DNA of 64,000 nt from positions 14,521,958-14,585,957 of the forward strand of contig JARFYF010000046.1 in assembly GCA_030265395.1 (NCBI GenBank). The letters run 5' to 3'. This DNA comes from Rhina ancylostomus. Its lineage: Eukaryota. A program made the position numbers and the translations under genes. Shown here in pieces: positions 1 to 13,292 of the stretch. How positions within the stretch are numbered: the first letter of the stretch is position 1; every line of letters begins with the position of its first letter. Below the pieces are notes generated by a model. It was given only the letters and a program-made list of their open reading frames with translations. It was not told where the DNA came from and made no database searches.

Positions 1-80
1 ACACACACGCATGCAAACAAACACACATGCATACAAATGCACACCCACATAGTGACAAATGTACACACATAAATGCACAT
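1..80. repeat. CA-rich low-complexity tract (degenerate (CA)n)
   Basis: acacacacgcatgcaaacaaacacacatgcatacaaatgcacac... Confidence 0.7.
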
Positions 81-367
81 GTCTAGTGAAGAACATATGC
101 CCATCAAATTTCAGGTAACAAACGTCATTCCAGATACAATATTTGTTTTATGAAAAAGAGAGAAAAAAGTCCAGTCATTTTAAAACAATATGCTTCTTAC
201 CTGGAAATTCCTTTGTAATTTTATATTTATTTCAAGGATTAAAGCAGCCATAGTTACCTAGCTTTGTGTTTTCAGACCAGTTCCTCGTGGAGTATTTCAG
301 AATGTTGTTAAATGCAACAGGGTAGCTAGCAACTAGAAGTGACAATGTGAAGAGAACAGTGCCAACA

Positions 368-507
368 TTGCAGGTCTAAGACCTTGCATGAAAAGTCATC
401 AGCTTGAAGTATTGATTAACTTTCCACATATGCTGCCTGACTGCAGAGTACTTCCAACACTTTCTGTTTTTATTTCAGACTTCCAGCAACTGCAGTATTT
501 TATTTTG
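368..507 (+). mobile_element. Short Penelope (PLE) pLTR-derived element, decayed
   Basis: Has the family signature tgctgcctgac..gagta.ttcca.ca.tttctgtttttatttcaga.ttccagca.ctgcag, shared with about 10 other copies in the window. Confidence 0.75.
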
Positions 508-614
508 TAAACTTGATTAATGCGCTTTTATCCTAAGACTAATAAGCATTTGTTTCATATGACTTTTGTTATTGAAACCTAAACCTGCTGCACCATTGTT
601 CAGGGAACATCTCT

Positions 615-850
615 CATAGAATCCGAGAATCATCCTAACACAAGAGGCTATTCAGCTCATTGAAGCTCTGAGCTCTTTGTAGTGCAATCTGATCAGTCCC
701 ACTTCCCGCTCTTTTCCCATAGCTCTGCAAACTATTTTCACTCAAGCATCAATCCCGTTCCCTTTTGAAAGCTTTGATTAACGATATTTCCATGATCCTT
801 ATAGGAAATGAGTTCCAGATCATAACCAAGCTGCATGTTTTCTTTTCTGA
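615..850 (-). mobile_element. CR1-type LINE 3' end fragment
   Basis: Starts with the catagaatc-type tail and gaggctattcagctcatt, like the other antisense CR1 3' ends here (7460, 11965, 15012). Confidence 0.6.
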
Positions 851-1939
851 ATGAGGATAACCAGTCCTCCTCACTGACCACATTTTCAATTCATGCTGCT
901 GTTGAGGGGGAGTTTGACACAGAAGAACTGTTTTTGTGTCCAGGTCTGAGCTGATTCAAAATTGTTTCAAATTGGTGTCAATCTGTCTAAAATGGGATTT
1001 GAATCTAGTGTAAGCGTACTTGAATACTTAGCTGCAAGTGAGGTGCAGAGTCAAGGAAGGCACAGGTGGTGTGAGTGGAAGACTGCATGCNNNNNNNNNN
1101 NNNNNNNNNNNNNNNNNNNNNNNNNNNNNNNNNNNNNNNNNNNNNNNNNNNNNNNNNNNNNNNNNNNNNNNNNNNNNNNNNNNNNNNNNNATTCCATGCT
1201 GGACTGATTGCATAATGACACACACCTGAGCCCCATCAGGGGCCTAGCATAAGTACTTGGGTTTCTCCAGCACTAGTTACCAGAGTATTGGTCAACCTTT
1301 GGTTCCTGGCTGCTTAGAGTGGTCTACTTTAGAGCAGTTCTGCATTCTCTATTCCTGTTTGAAGATTCAGTTTGTGTTGGGATTCCCATTCTGATCTCTG
1401 AGGCAAGATTCCTTCCAGTTGCTGCTGGTGTTTGGTCCTGAGGTAGTATCCTGAATTCTGTCCTGTACCAGTGTACTGCATTTGGGTTCTTTGTGAGCTT
1501 GCTCTTTGCTCAACATTGTGACTAGTGACCATAAGGTGAGTGGATAGTTGTAAAAAATCTGACTTACTAATGAACTTCATCAAAAGTTATCTGTTGTCAC
1601 TTCCCCAGTCTGAGGTGTATGTGTCTGCTGACTTGCAGAGGTGCTGTTGAATCTTAATTGTGAAGTGGTTCAGTTCAGTGGCAGGAAGGCATAGTCAATG
1701 AATGTTGCCCTACTAGTGATCTATGCAAATGAATTCTTGTAAAAGGAATCACAAAAGGTGGGATGTTCAGCAAGGTATCATAATTGTTTCCAATCTCTTC
1801 CACTGGGTCTGGGCACTGCACATAGTGACTGTCATACCTGCTCTGCCTCAGTCCAATGAATGCTTGGCATGGTGTCCATATTGGTCCCTTTGCTGTTCTA
1901 AAACAGTTATCAACCACCTGAATGGAAGCTGGCAGGAAG

Positions 1940-2360
1940 GTTACAGAGGAGATTTACCAGAATGGTACTAGGAGTGAGGGTTTCACTAGACCAGAGCAGC
2001 TCAAAGCTGGGAATACTTTGCCACAAGCAAGAGGTTCAATAAAGATGTTCAATATTATAATTATTCTCAAATAAAGAGAGAAGGTCTCTAGCAGTAGGAG
2101 AGACAGTAACTGAAGAACATAATATAAAGGCAACAAACCCTGGAGATGGGAGAGAGATGAACAGAACTGAATTTTTATTCAGTGTTATTTGGATCAGAAA
2201 GCATGGGTGAGGCAGAATTGTCAGTACTTTCAAAATGGAATTAGAAATGCTTGCATGACTATGGAAAACATTAGGGAATTGACTAATAGCCAGTTTATTT
2301 TTAGAGCAGGCACATGGACATTGGACTGAATGGCCTCCATATTTAATTAATCTATGGTTC
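1940..2360 (+). mobile_element. CR1-type LINE 3' end (RT C-terminus plus 3' UTR), decayed
   Basis: cagaggagatttaccagaatggta reads QRRFTRMV; ends in the CR1 tail ggcacatggacattggactgaatggcctcc. Confidence 0.7.
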
Positions 2361-3714
2361 TACAATTAAGGTAGCAAATGAAGAAATGCCTTCAATTCAA
2401 CTTAATTTCACCATTGGTGAATTCTAGCTTGCTGCTATTTTAATACAATGCTGAGGTTAATAAATTGTAAGTTTTAATGTATGATTCCTACAAAAGTTCA
2501 GTCTGTTTGTTGCTTGTGGTAATATAATTAAATAATTTCAGTGCTTACTGTTTGTAAATGCTGTACCTTGTGTTCTCAAAGGTCCTTTTCATAATTGAAA
2601 TAACAAGGAATGAAGGCAGATAGAAAATGGTTTCCAGTAGATTAGTGAAATTGGTTCATAGCACCATTCACTTCTTGGGAGCAGACTGCTGTAAGCAATA
2701 TCAAGGAATCTCTTGGGACCCATTTANNNNNNNNNNCAGTGACAGGTAGTGAATGGAGATTTCTGCCAAAACAGAAGTGGCCCTGTGGAGGAGGTCAAAA
2801 TGAAAGGTCAAAGAGCAACTTCATGGGTCAGTAAGACAGAAGCCTCTGCTGTGGGAGAAGAAGCAAAAGGTGTGTCATTGCTCTGATGTGAAATACTGAA
2901 TAAGGAGGGAGCTGCTGGCTGAATCAGAAGGGGACTGAAAGACTACAGACCCTAGGGATCAGAGGTCATGGGAAGAGCAATTTGTAACAGAATTTCCTGG
3001 TATAATTGATATATTACTTGTAAGAACTGACAGGTTATTGAAAGCCTAGTGGGGAAAAAATGAGAAATAAACATCAGAATCTATTCTGAGTTCTTTAAGT
3101 CTGAAAATTCTGGTTTGTCTTTATCAAACATATAATGCAATAATTAAACCTGAGATGCTTATTCATATTTTCTTCAGAGCATTTTCATTAATGCCTTTGA
3201 ATACCTTCATTTTCATGATGTATTAAGCTCTGGGATCAATTGTTGGTAATATCTCTGGTTCAACTGATAAGCCTTGAAGTTAGAAGTGATTTTACCCATG
3301 TGTGGAGCAATGTTTTGCAACTAATGATAATGAAATTAGTGTAATCCAGATCAAGTTCTTCCATTTATCTGCAAGCCACAATCATCTTGCAAAAGAAAAT
3401 GGACATTTGACTTCCAGATATATGAAACTATCCCATAATGAGCTGTACCTAAATAAATGTGTAACTGTCAAAGACAATTTTTTCAATGCTGTTAGAAGGT
3501 AATAGTCATTGCACAGCATGCCACTGACCATTTTGCTCTGGGCCCACAGTAGCAATTGACCTTGGTGTTACTGCACGCTATTCTTCACAAGCTATGCAAC
3601 ACTCAAAGGAAAACACAGCAGGTACAGGATGGGATGTTGCCTGAGGGACCAGGAAAAGAGGGATGGTGGTCAGAGGGTTGATTGTTACCTGCAACAGGAC
3701 AGTTGGAATTGGTG

Positions 3715-3815
3715 CAACACACAAAAAGGTGGAGGAACTCAATGGGTCATGTGGGACCTAGAGGAAAAGGGACTGTCAATGTTTTGGGTCTAGCCCCTTC
3801 ATCAGAATTGGTGTA
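3715..3815 (-). mobile_element. PLE pLTR-derived half element with hammerhead-like core
   Basis: ggtggaggaactc.. signature; the minus strand reads CTGATGA-AGGGGCTAGACCC-AAAACATTG. Confidence 0.65.
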
Positions 3816-5209
3816 ACTGGAAATGAGTGTCCTTAGAGGGAGCATTAGCCAGGGAGCAGGATCAGAGTTAGGATGTGATAGTCGTACAGAGATTGAGCCC
3901 TATTTGGAGGAGCAAGGGCAGTCAGTGTGAGGAGACAGGGGGCTGAGTCTCAATGTTAGTCTTGCCCATGATGGATGGTGGCTGAAGATCTTGGCACAGA
4001 TCTGGAATTCAGGTCAGGTAAAACCAGGGAGCAGAACAGTGGGGGGGAGCAGGTGTGCTCCTGAGGAGAGCCAGTTTGGGGGAGGGGGGGAAGAAATTAA
4101 AGGGGACTTACCTGAACCAAGTTCACNNNNNNNNNNAGAAGGCACGGGTGGACAGGATTGCCTGATGACAAACTCCTTCAATGTTATCTCATTTCCCAGG
4201 CAGTACTCCAAAGGGATGACTTGTGATTTCAAGTGCCCAGTTGAATTTCCAAGGTGGTGTGGTTCAACACAGTGACTATAATCTTGTAACACTCATTATC
4301 AATGCTATGCATCTGGAAATTGCTTAAAATAAAATCAATATGCACCTGAATTCCTTGGCTAAAGCACCCAATTTCAGGTCATCTTTTTCTCTTTAGCCTG
4401 TTTAGTGCAATTATTGCCATCCTTTTACTTCTGATTTAGGTGAGAGATGTTAATGCTAAGGAATGAAATATTTTCCAATTTGGATATCAACTTTGGCAGC
4501 AAGCACTCCACTGAAAGATATACCATGGCTAAAAGTCAATAAAAGCTCTCTTCAGTCTGCATCAACCAACTATCACAACAATTTGTAGTCCTCAGAACAG
4601 ATGTATTGTGAAAATAAGCATGAGAATGACCTCCAACTCCATTTTCCGTTTCTAGACACAGCACAGGAAAATCCCAGCAGTAGTTCCAAAATATGCTGAG
4701 TTGGTTGATTGACATCTGGATATCAACTACAGTTGAAGCTGCTGTGCTCAGTTTCCACAAATCATTCAGTGAGCTCATCAAAGAGTATGGAATAATTCTA
4801 CAGTAGGGGGTGATTTGTTGACACATTGTCACATGTTAACCATTTGCAGATATGCCTCAATTGTATAATACAATGACAATATAGGCAGGCTAAATTCAAC
4901 AGATCCTGATAATAGATGTGAGGGTTGCTCTGGGCAGATTAACCCTTGACTATTCCATGTAATATAGGCAACTCTACAATTTCATGCTACTGGTTACTGA
5001 TGGACATTCTAGTGTCCAGCTGGCACTAATCATCATTTCCTCATATAGCTGGTTCAGCAGTGGATGATTCTTATGACCAGCTCCAATTAGGTTTTTTTTC
5101 CATTACTTGAAGCTGGCTTACCACTACTTGAAGCTGGCTTACCACTATTAAAAGGAGAGTCATTGGAGAAAGCAATGGGAGTTATTCCCAACTGAATCAG
5201 ACATGAGAG

Positions 5210-5935
5210 TGAAGAAAGGCAGAATGCAGGGGAAAGAAAGGGTGCCATTGTTTCAGAAGCTCCATAAGAGGAGGTGGTAAAGAGGTAATTGGTGCCAGTG
5301 GGAGATCAGGAAGTTCTCCAGGTACACACACATGAAAGTCAGTGGCAGCCAATACCCATAAAATTAATACTTTTAAAAAAAAAAGTCCTGTAGGCTGGAG
5401 TAAAGTCCCACAAGAAGTTCACTGGTCAAGGTCAGTGAATGCAACATGAATTATCATAACAATCACTCCTCTATTCTCAGACATATGAGTTCACCAGATG
5501 CTCATCAACCAGCAATCTCTATCAATCAGGAATCTTACCTACATTTATATTCCCACCTTCGCAAGTACAGCACTGATGTAAGCCTCACACCTACAGCCTA
5601 TCTATTGCTCTCACCATAACAGTCACATTACCCAAGGATATTGCACAATACCCATTGGCACATTTCCCTCTTTCTTGCAATAATAAGGTGGACCACAACT
5701 AGATACAGAATCAATTAGCAGGAAGTGGATAGGCACACCAACACACTTTAATATCATGGAGGAGATGGTGATGACCATAGGCAGCACAGTTGTTCAGATT
5801 ACCAAAAAACTTTCTCATACCTGATCACCCTCTTCATATCACACATCATCTCAATTTACATTCACCTGATTTACAGGGTGCAGACAGTAGAAATATGTTA
5901 GTGTGCATCCCTCTCTTATCGGCACACTACCCCCA
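5210..5935 (+). mobile_element. Harbinger transposon remnant, Myb/SANT-like ORF region with intron relic
   Basis: cacaagaagttcactggtcaag|gtcagtgaatgc resembles the W..C.KKF end of a Myb/SANT exon plus a donor site; a decayed acceptor ttccctcttttcttgca lies near 5665-5680. No intact ORF. Confidence 0.45.
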
Positions 5936-6029
5936 TTACACCTGGGACTTGGTCTGAGTGATGGGAATGAGAGGGAAGAGGGATGATTGCTCAGAGATCA
6001 GGACCTGTGCTTTGGATGTTGCTGGCTGA

Positions 6030-6140
6030 CCAGAGACCAAGCCCTGGTAGGTTACTTTAATGTGTAGAGGGTAAATGGGTGGTTGATGTTTGGTGTGGAT
6101 TTGGTAGGCCGAAGGGCCAGTTTCCATGTTCTATTTCTCT
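6030..6140 (+). mobile_element. HE1-type SINE / CR1-derived 3' tail
   Basis: gtaaatgggtggttgatgtttggtgtggatttggtaggccgaagggccagtttccatgttctat. Confidence 0.65.
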
Positions 6141-6319
6141 CTGCCTCCTCAGAAATGAATGAGGACATGCAATAAATGTTGTCCTTGCTCATGTTGGACA
6201 TGTCCCATAAGCAAATTAAATGTAACTAATTGGGGGAAAAATCTGGTGATAAAATATTTGCTAAGAGTTTACTGAACTGATTGTTGCTTTTTCAGGCTCT
6301 TTTTCTTTATTTTCCCCAC

Positions 6320-6483
6320 CCATCTTTGGAATGTGGGAGTAAACCAGCATATCCAGAAGAAATCTGTACAGTCACAAAGTGAATGTGCAAATTCCACATA
6401 GACAGCACCAGAGGTCTAAGCTAAACCTGGGTCATCTATGTTTTGAGGCAGCAGCTCTATTAGCTGTGCCTCTATGCCACCCC
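6320..6483 (-). mobile_element. HE1-type (V-SINE) tRNA-derived SINE, 5' portion
   Basis: catctttggaatgtgggagtaaacc...gtcacaaagtgaatgtgcaaattccacatagacagcacc...tatgccaccc; tRNA-like head on the minus strand. Confidence 0.75.
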
Positions 6484-7459
6484 TACCGACAATGCTTTAT
6501 GTGAATGCTACAGTGCTTAAATGATGTATTTTTTGACTTGATGGACAGAGAAAATGCAAATCCATTCTATAGATTAGATTAAAATGCAAGGGTAAAATGC
6601 TCACAAGTGCTTCAAAGCTGTTTTTCCCTGAAGTGCACATAAACCTCAAATCCTTCATCTTCTTGTAGGTTGATCTGTCTCTTCCTCCGTCACGCACTGT
6701 AAGATGAATCTGCAATCTTGGCTGGTTTGTACCTGAAGCAAATGCCATCCAGCGCACACCACAGATAGCAACCAAGGATTATCAAACTGGAATGTCTTGC
6801 ATTTCAAGAGCTGGCATATGAACAAATGGAACTTCCCAACCAAGGCATGGACATTTGATCATAATGCTGGTCCATTGCTTGAAAACTCAGCATTTTATGA
6901 CATAGTTTCAAATTGACCATTTAAAAATGTTAATGCACTCCAGCTTTCATGTGACAATGATGACCATCCTGCATTTGCTAGTTGTAATTTTACATGGTCT
7001 TCCCTCTTCTGACAAAAAGAAATGTTTCCAGAATACAAATTATTGCCAATGTATTATAATTGGTTATAATGCTAGTATAGGCTGTGTAATGCAAATTATT
7101 CCCAAACATTTATCTGTTTTAATGACAAATTTAAATATTTAATTGCTAGTAACATAGGTATGTTAACAATTAGCAATAACATAATTGCTAATAGCATAGG
7201 CATCATATCTTAACATATCCAAAAATGTATGTGATTTGCCACAGTAGTTGTCTTTTCTCTTCAGTACTTTTATAAAGTTGAACAAAACTTCTGGGAATCC
7301 TGAACTGGTTGGGATCCTTCAATCTTTACACAAGGGAAGAACAATAGTTCAGTCAACAATGTGTGCCCTTTCTGCTGAATATCATTTGGGCCAAGTGAAG
7401 AACCCAATATGTACAAAGATATAGATTCCAGAGCAAGCACCCAGTTATGGAGCCATGGA

Positions 7460-7880
7460 GCCATAGAACCACAGAAGGATTGTTACTGAAGGATAGCCTT
7501 TGGTGTTGATTCTGAACAAAAATGGATTTTGGTTTAATCCCATTTCCCAGGTTTTAGTCTATCATCCTGCAGATTGTGCTCTTCAAATGCTAATCCAGGT
7601 ACTGTTGAAATGCAGTGAGGGTTTCTGCCCCCACCTTCTTAGAAAATGAGTTTCAGACCTAGACCACTCATTGAATGAAATAATGTTCTCTGAACATTCA
7701 GCTAATGAATTGAATTTATGTCCCCTGGTTGCTATCACCTATGCTTGGAAAATAGACATCTTCTATTAACTTGTCTAGGCCTCTCATAGTTTTAAACACT
7801 TCATTTGAATCTTCTCTTGCTGTCCTTTGTTCTAAAGAAAACAGACTCTTCATATTTACTTCTACATGAAATTCCAACAT
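7460..7880 (-). mobile_element. CR1-type LINE 3' end, decayed
   Basis: catagaaccacagaa tail and cttgtctaggcctctcatagttttaaacac (antisense of VFKTMRGLDK). Confidence 0.7.
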
Positions 7881-10439
7881 AGGAGTCACAAGAGAATGGG
7901 TACCATTAAGAAGAGGAATACTTCCTGACATCACATTACCACTGGCAAGAACATGGGGAGAGTGTGAAGAAAGGGAAAACTGGTTTAATAAAGTTTAGAG
8001 TCATAAAGATTTCTTCTCCAACACCATCTGAAGATTAACTGGCAGAATTATGTTTTTCAATAATGAAGAAAGAAATGCTGTGTTCACCTTCTAAATATAT
8101 TCAACAAGGACATTTTGACTTTGCTTTATATTACCTGAACAATCTTTTCCAAATTAGAGGTAGAAAACTTGTGGGCAAATTTATTTCTCTCCATCTGCCA
8201 GATATTTAAATGATGATTAAATGCAAAAACAACATTATGAAAGTTTCACAAGGAATTTAACATGGAAAAAAGCATCAGAGCAGAAGAATTTCTTGGTGTT
8301 AACTGATTCACGTGGATCACGGAGATGAAACCTTTAGGAAAGTACAGGCTATTATTCTCTACCTTGTCAGTTAAAAGAGAAGTCTTTTCAGAAGACATGC
8401 CTGAATGTGATTTTTACTTTTAGTTGTTTATGGAAGTTCCCACAGACATAAGTTGTACCTTCAACCATTTCCAGATCTACATCCATTATCTCACATTGCA
8501 TGACCTGAAGAAGAAGTTGGAATTCCCCATTATTAGTGTTGAGAACTGTTGGAAAGAATACTTTACATTGTAATGCTTGTAATATATTCACTAATTCCTG
8601 ACTGTTAATTCTAGGCTGCTAGATTCAAAGAATGAGAAAAAATGTGTTGCATATTAAAAATAATCCTAATATGAAACTGGATGTCAATTTTGGGAATGTT
8701 AAAAGATGAGCATTTAATGTAGTTATATGGTCTTCTCACACCTGCTTTAAACAGAGGCTTCTCATTGTTTTTTTGGAATAGGTTAATACCTCCCTAAAGT
8801 GGCTGGATGTCATACAAATGTGTTACACCACTCCCTGTCCACTTAATTTTTAAGTCAATTATTAACATAAGTGAGTTTGATTTCTGCACTAAGACGAAAA
8901 CTGAACCTATCTTTGAAAATAAGGTTAAAAATTACAGTATCATTTAGAGACAACTCTTAAGACACCAGTCAGTTCACTTGCTGAGAATGTATCTGACCCA
9001 CATCATGGGATGACAAATGATGGCATGAGCATGACATTGCCTACAGTTTTTGAAATGATGTCTGAAAGGATTCAACTGATTTCATGCCTCATACTGACCT
9101 TTAAGTTGCTCCAACATAGTGGAGTTGTCAGGATTTACATGCTTCTTCATGTAACCCTGGTCAAAGGGACCCTAGCGATTCAGAAGCCAGATGTTCTCTG
9201 TTGTGTGTGGGAAGGGATGCACTGTTGAAATCACCCAAGCATGACATTGTGAATGTGAAGTATGGACACACTGATCGTGCTGAAAAGCAATAGCATGGTT
9301 ATCAACTCTTCTTAAGTAACTTCTCAAAAAATAAATTGATAGTATTTCACATTGACTGTCACCAGCAAGTGATACTTTATAAGCTTTGACTTGCCAATCC
9401 ACTTTTTCTTTATTTTAATGAATCTTGAATAATTGTTAAATCTTGAACGATTGTCACCCATTTGGCAGAAAAAAATGTTTTTATTCTGTTTACACAATCC
9501 TTCAATCCCCAAACACTGGAAGAAATGATAGAATGGAAGGTAAATGCTCCAAGTTCAGAGCAAGATCCAATACCCAAGTTGAAAACTGGATGCCTCCATG
9601 TTCCTTGATGATGAAAGCAAATTTTCTGACAGGCCACCTGAGGCACCACAGGTTTCATTTTGGGCACATGTTGGCTTTCTCTATGCTGCCCCTTAGAAGT
9701 CCTCAGTGGCAGAACTTATGTCTAACTTTGGCCATTAGAGAGCTGCTACCTGTATTAACAATTCCTTCTGCCCTGGCTGAAAGTGTCTCATGTCTCATTA
9801 TATTAAGATTCCACCTCTGTGCTATTCTCTAAGTCATACAGTATGAATATCAGAGTATAAGTGTCAACTTTTTTTCTCCTGACATTGCTTGGTTCTTCAC
9901 CATCACTGTGACACTTATAGTCAGTATCAGAGCAGTTAACTGTAAATGTGAATATCTTGCTTCTTCACCATTACTGTCTCACTCCATATCCCAAATTTCT
10001 CGACGATGTTGGCATTTATGAAATGGGGGTAAAGGACGGCCTGTGGGATAACTGCATCTAACTTCCCCCTTCCGCTATAGTAAAGAGACTCCTATGAGTG
10101 GTTAACAAATGACAATGTGTCAACAAATCACCCACTCGTGCAGACTTATCTGGTGCTGTTAGATGATCTCACTGAACGATTTGTGGAAGCTGCTTAAACA
10201 GCAGCTGTCAATCAACCAGCTCACCACATCCTGGGAACTCTGGGATTTTTCTGCTCTGCAGCTTGAAAATTATTGAAAGACCTCAATCTCCACATCCAGG
10301 CCCCAATCTTACATTAATCCTAATTTTTATTCTTCCTACATTCTCATCAACTATCATCAAATCCTAACTCTTACCTATGCACTAGGTCAAATTACAGTAG
10401 CAATTTACAGTAGCACTCCCCTAGTGCTCCTGAGAAGAG

Positions 10440-10985
10440 AGTTGCAGGACTTGGGTCAGGTTAAGATGAAGGAATGGGAATATATTTCCAAGTCAGTATT
10501 ATTCAGGGCTTAAAGTGGAACTTGTCACTGATGGCAGTTCCATGAATCTGCTGCCCTTTTCCTTCTAGGTGTTTGGTTTGAGAAATATCTCTTGATGGGT
10601 TGCTATTTGTAGATAGCACATGCTGCAGCCATGATGTGCCAATGTTGGAGGAAGCAATGTGGTGCCTATCAATGGGCTGTTGTGACCTGGATGCTGTTGA
10701 GGTTCTCAGCTATTGGAGCTGCACCCATACACCCATCAAAATCCAATGTGTACCTTGTATCTGAGGAGTCAGGTGAATTTCTGACCTACTGTTGAATATT
10801 TAGGAGATTGATCCTGTTAAATTTTTGGCAAATAATGATCCCCTCCCCTCTTCCACCCTGAAAGGGGGTGGGGTGGATAGGGACAGCCTGGTAATAGACC
10901 TACTCTTGAATGTCAAAGACAGGTGGTTAAATGCTCTCTTGTTGAAGATGGTCACTTTTTGGCACTTGTGTGTTACAAATACGCT
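10440..10985 (-). mobile_element. CR1/L2-clade LINE fragment (same family as 24520-25620)
   Basis: gaaggaatgggaatatatttccaagtcag and ctcttgttgaagatggtcactttttggcacttgtg are antisense matches to the copy at 24.5-25.6 kb. Confidence 0.65.
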
Positions 10986-11964
10986 CAAAAGTTACATTAC
11001 ATTAAGATTTTCTGGAATCCTTTATTGCTTATTGTGGAAGGTTGCAAAAGTTTGGAAGGATAGTACTGATAGAGCACTGAAACAGCTCCATTCCAGCACG
11101 TGATTACTGTGTATTCCACCTCCTTAATACTTGTATAGACTAACAACTTTGTTTGTTTTGTTGGTACTTTTGATGAGGATCTGTCCAGTCACTCCATTGC
11201 TCTGTTTGTCCTCATCAACACTCATCTGAATCCCTTGGAAACTAGATATTTTTAAAAGCAATTTCATCCATCTGAACAGTTGAATGCATTTCATCTGTAA
11301 GTATTAAAATAGACATAATTCTCATTAGAATCCATCATTTCTGAAGACAACCAGAACTAATCAGATTTATTTTCAGTTTTAACACTACAGTATGAATGTT
11401 GATAAAATCAGCATCTTTATTTCAAACTCCTTAAATTATAAATGTGTTTGACACAAATGGGCCCTAGAGTAATAATGAATAAAAGAAAATGGTTATTATC
11501 TGTGAACTCTTGTGATAAAATTTGGCAATAATGCACTGTCTCTATTGTAGTCTGTCCTGCTAATCATAAAATTCCATTGTTATAAATATTTATTTTATTG
11601 GATCAATTATCATTAACTGACATGTTTATCAAAAACACTGGGTGCTTTCAAGCACATAATGTGAAATCTTTAATGTATTTTAGGTCAAGATTCTGTATTG
11701 TATGAGAGGACCACCCTGAATTAAATTTCTGGGAAGTAGCTCAGCTGATTGTGTGGCTTGGAAATGAAAACACCATGATCTTTCCTGGAACAACATTAGT
11801 TGCATATGATACATATTCCAGTCCTTTACATGCCTTTGATAAGTGAGATTTCCGCAGAAGAGAGAATGCAATGACATAAGTAACTCCCAGTTGTACTTCT
11901 CTGATATTCATTGTAAATATTTGAAAAGAAAATCCCAGAGTAACAAAGTAAAAACATCATGATT

Positions 11965-13070
11965 TGGAGTCAGAGTCACACAGCATAAAACGGAGCCCCT
12001 CAGCTCACCACTCCAATGCTGAACTTTTTGCCCATCTACACTCATTCTATTTGCCCACATTAAGACCATATCTTTAGAAGCCTTGCCTATTGAAATGTCT
12101 AATTAAAAGCCTCTTGAACGTTATAATTATATCTGATTCCACCACCTCCTCTGATGNNNNNNNNNNNNNNNNNNNNNNNNNNNNNNNNNNNNNNNNNNNN
12201 NNNNNNNNNNNNNNNNNNNNNNNNNNNNNNNNNNNNNNNNNNNNNNNNNNNNNNNNTGTTTCACCTTATGGCTTGCTGAACTGAACTTTAAGAACCATTC
12301 CTGGACGTGGAGTTTGGGAATTTGCCACACACATGACAAGTTTAGTTAGTTTTTGGGAGTTAATGTTCGGGGTTTAACATTTTTACTTCTAACAGTCTAA
12401 CATTTTTACTTTTATTTTACTTATTATCATAAGTAGTTATTAATAAAGTAGTTTTTAAACATTTATAAATGTCTCGGTGTGTTTCTTTTGTTGCTGGTAC
12501 GTAACATCTGTAAAAACTTACCCCTGAGATCCCCTTTAAAAGTCTTTCCTCTCACCTTAAACCTAAGTTCACATCCTGGGAAGAAGGGTTTTGACTATCT
12601 ACCCTATCTTTGCCTCTCATAATCTATCATAGATCACCCCTCAGCCTCCTTCACTCCAGGGAAAACAAGCCCAGCTAATCCCATATCTAAAGTCCTCCAA
12701 CCCAGGCAAAATCCTGATGAATCTCCTCTGCACTCTCTCCAGTGCAAGAACATCCTTCCTATAGTGAAGTGGTCAGAGCTGCAGACAATACTCCAAACGT
12801 GGCCCAACAAGTGCCGTGTAAAGTTGCAAAATAATGTCTCAACTCTGATATTCCATGCACAGACCTATGAAGGAAAGCATGCCATAGGCTTCTTCATGGT
12901 CCTCTCAATGCGTGTTGCTAGTTTCAGGAAACTACGGACTTGGAACCCTAGGTCCCTCACTTTATCAACATTCCTTACTACCCCATCATTTCCTGAATAT
13001 ATTCTGCCCTAACTTCCCAAAATGCATCGCCCTGCACTTGACTAGGACTTGAGTGATATCCAGATCTCAT
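11965..13070 (-). mobile_element. CR1-type LINE 3' fragment, interrupted by an N-gap and an LTR
   Basis: gagtcagagtcacacagc tail; ctatctaccctatctttgcctctcataat...agatcacccctcagcctcct...tgaatctcctctgcactctctccagtgc is antisense of the ALERVQRRF/RLRGDL motifs. Confidence 0.8.
12257..12506 (+). mobile_element. LTR, 3' part (left end lost in N-gap), inserted in CR1
   Basis: Ends ...ctggtacGTAACA with AATAAA about 60 bp upstream; closely matches the reverse complement of 55734-55975. Confidence 0.75.
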
Positions 13071-13134
13071 TGTGATACATGTATGAAAATTAATGCTATA
13101 TACTAACCTGTATTGATTTGAAAACTAATGAAAA

Positions 13135-13292
13135 AGAAAAGGAATCTGTGGAAAGGGAAATAGAATTAACATTTTAGGTCCGAAAACCTTTATCAGAGCA
13201 AGGGTCTCAGATTTGAAATGTTAACTCTGTTTCTGTTCCCACAGATGCTGTCTGACCTGTTGAGTACTTCCAGCATTTTTTTTTGTTTTTAT
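13135..13292. mobile_element. Palindromic PLE pLTR-derived element
   Basis: atctgtggaaagggaaatagaattaacattt ... aaatgttaactctgtttctgttcccacagat form inverted arms. Confidence 0.8.

Noticed and set aside
962-1236. ORFs containing X runs (also at 12.1, 42.7 and 56.1 kb)
   Set aside because: Artefacts of reading through N-gaps
1191-1920. Possible Gypsy integrase remnant on the minus strand
   Set aside because: Only a vague resemblance; no catalytic motif could be read
8459-8504. 46-nt minus-strand exon-like segment (VMQCEIMDVDLEMVE)
   Set aside because: Weak donor (gtacaa), no partner exons and an unrecognised peptide
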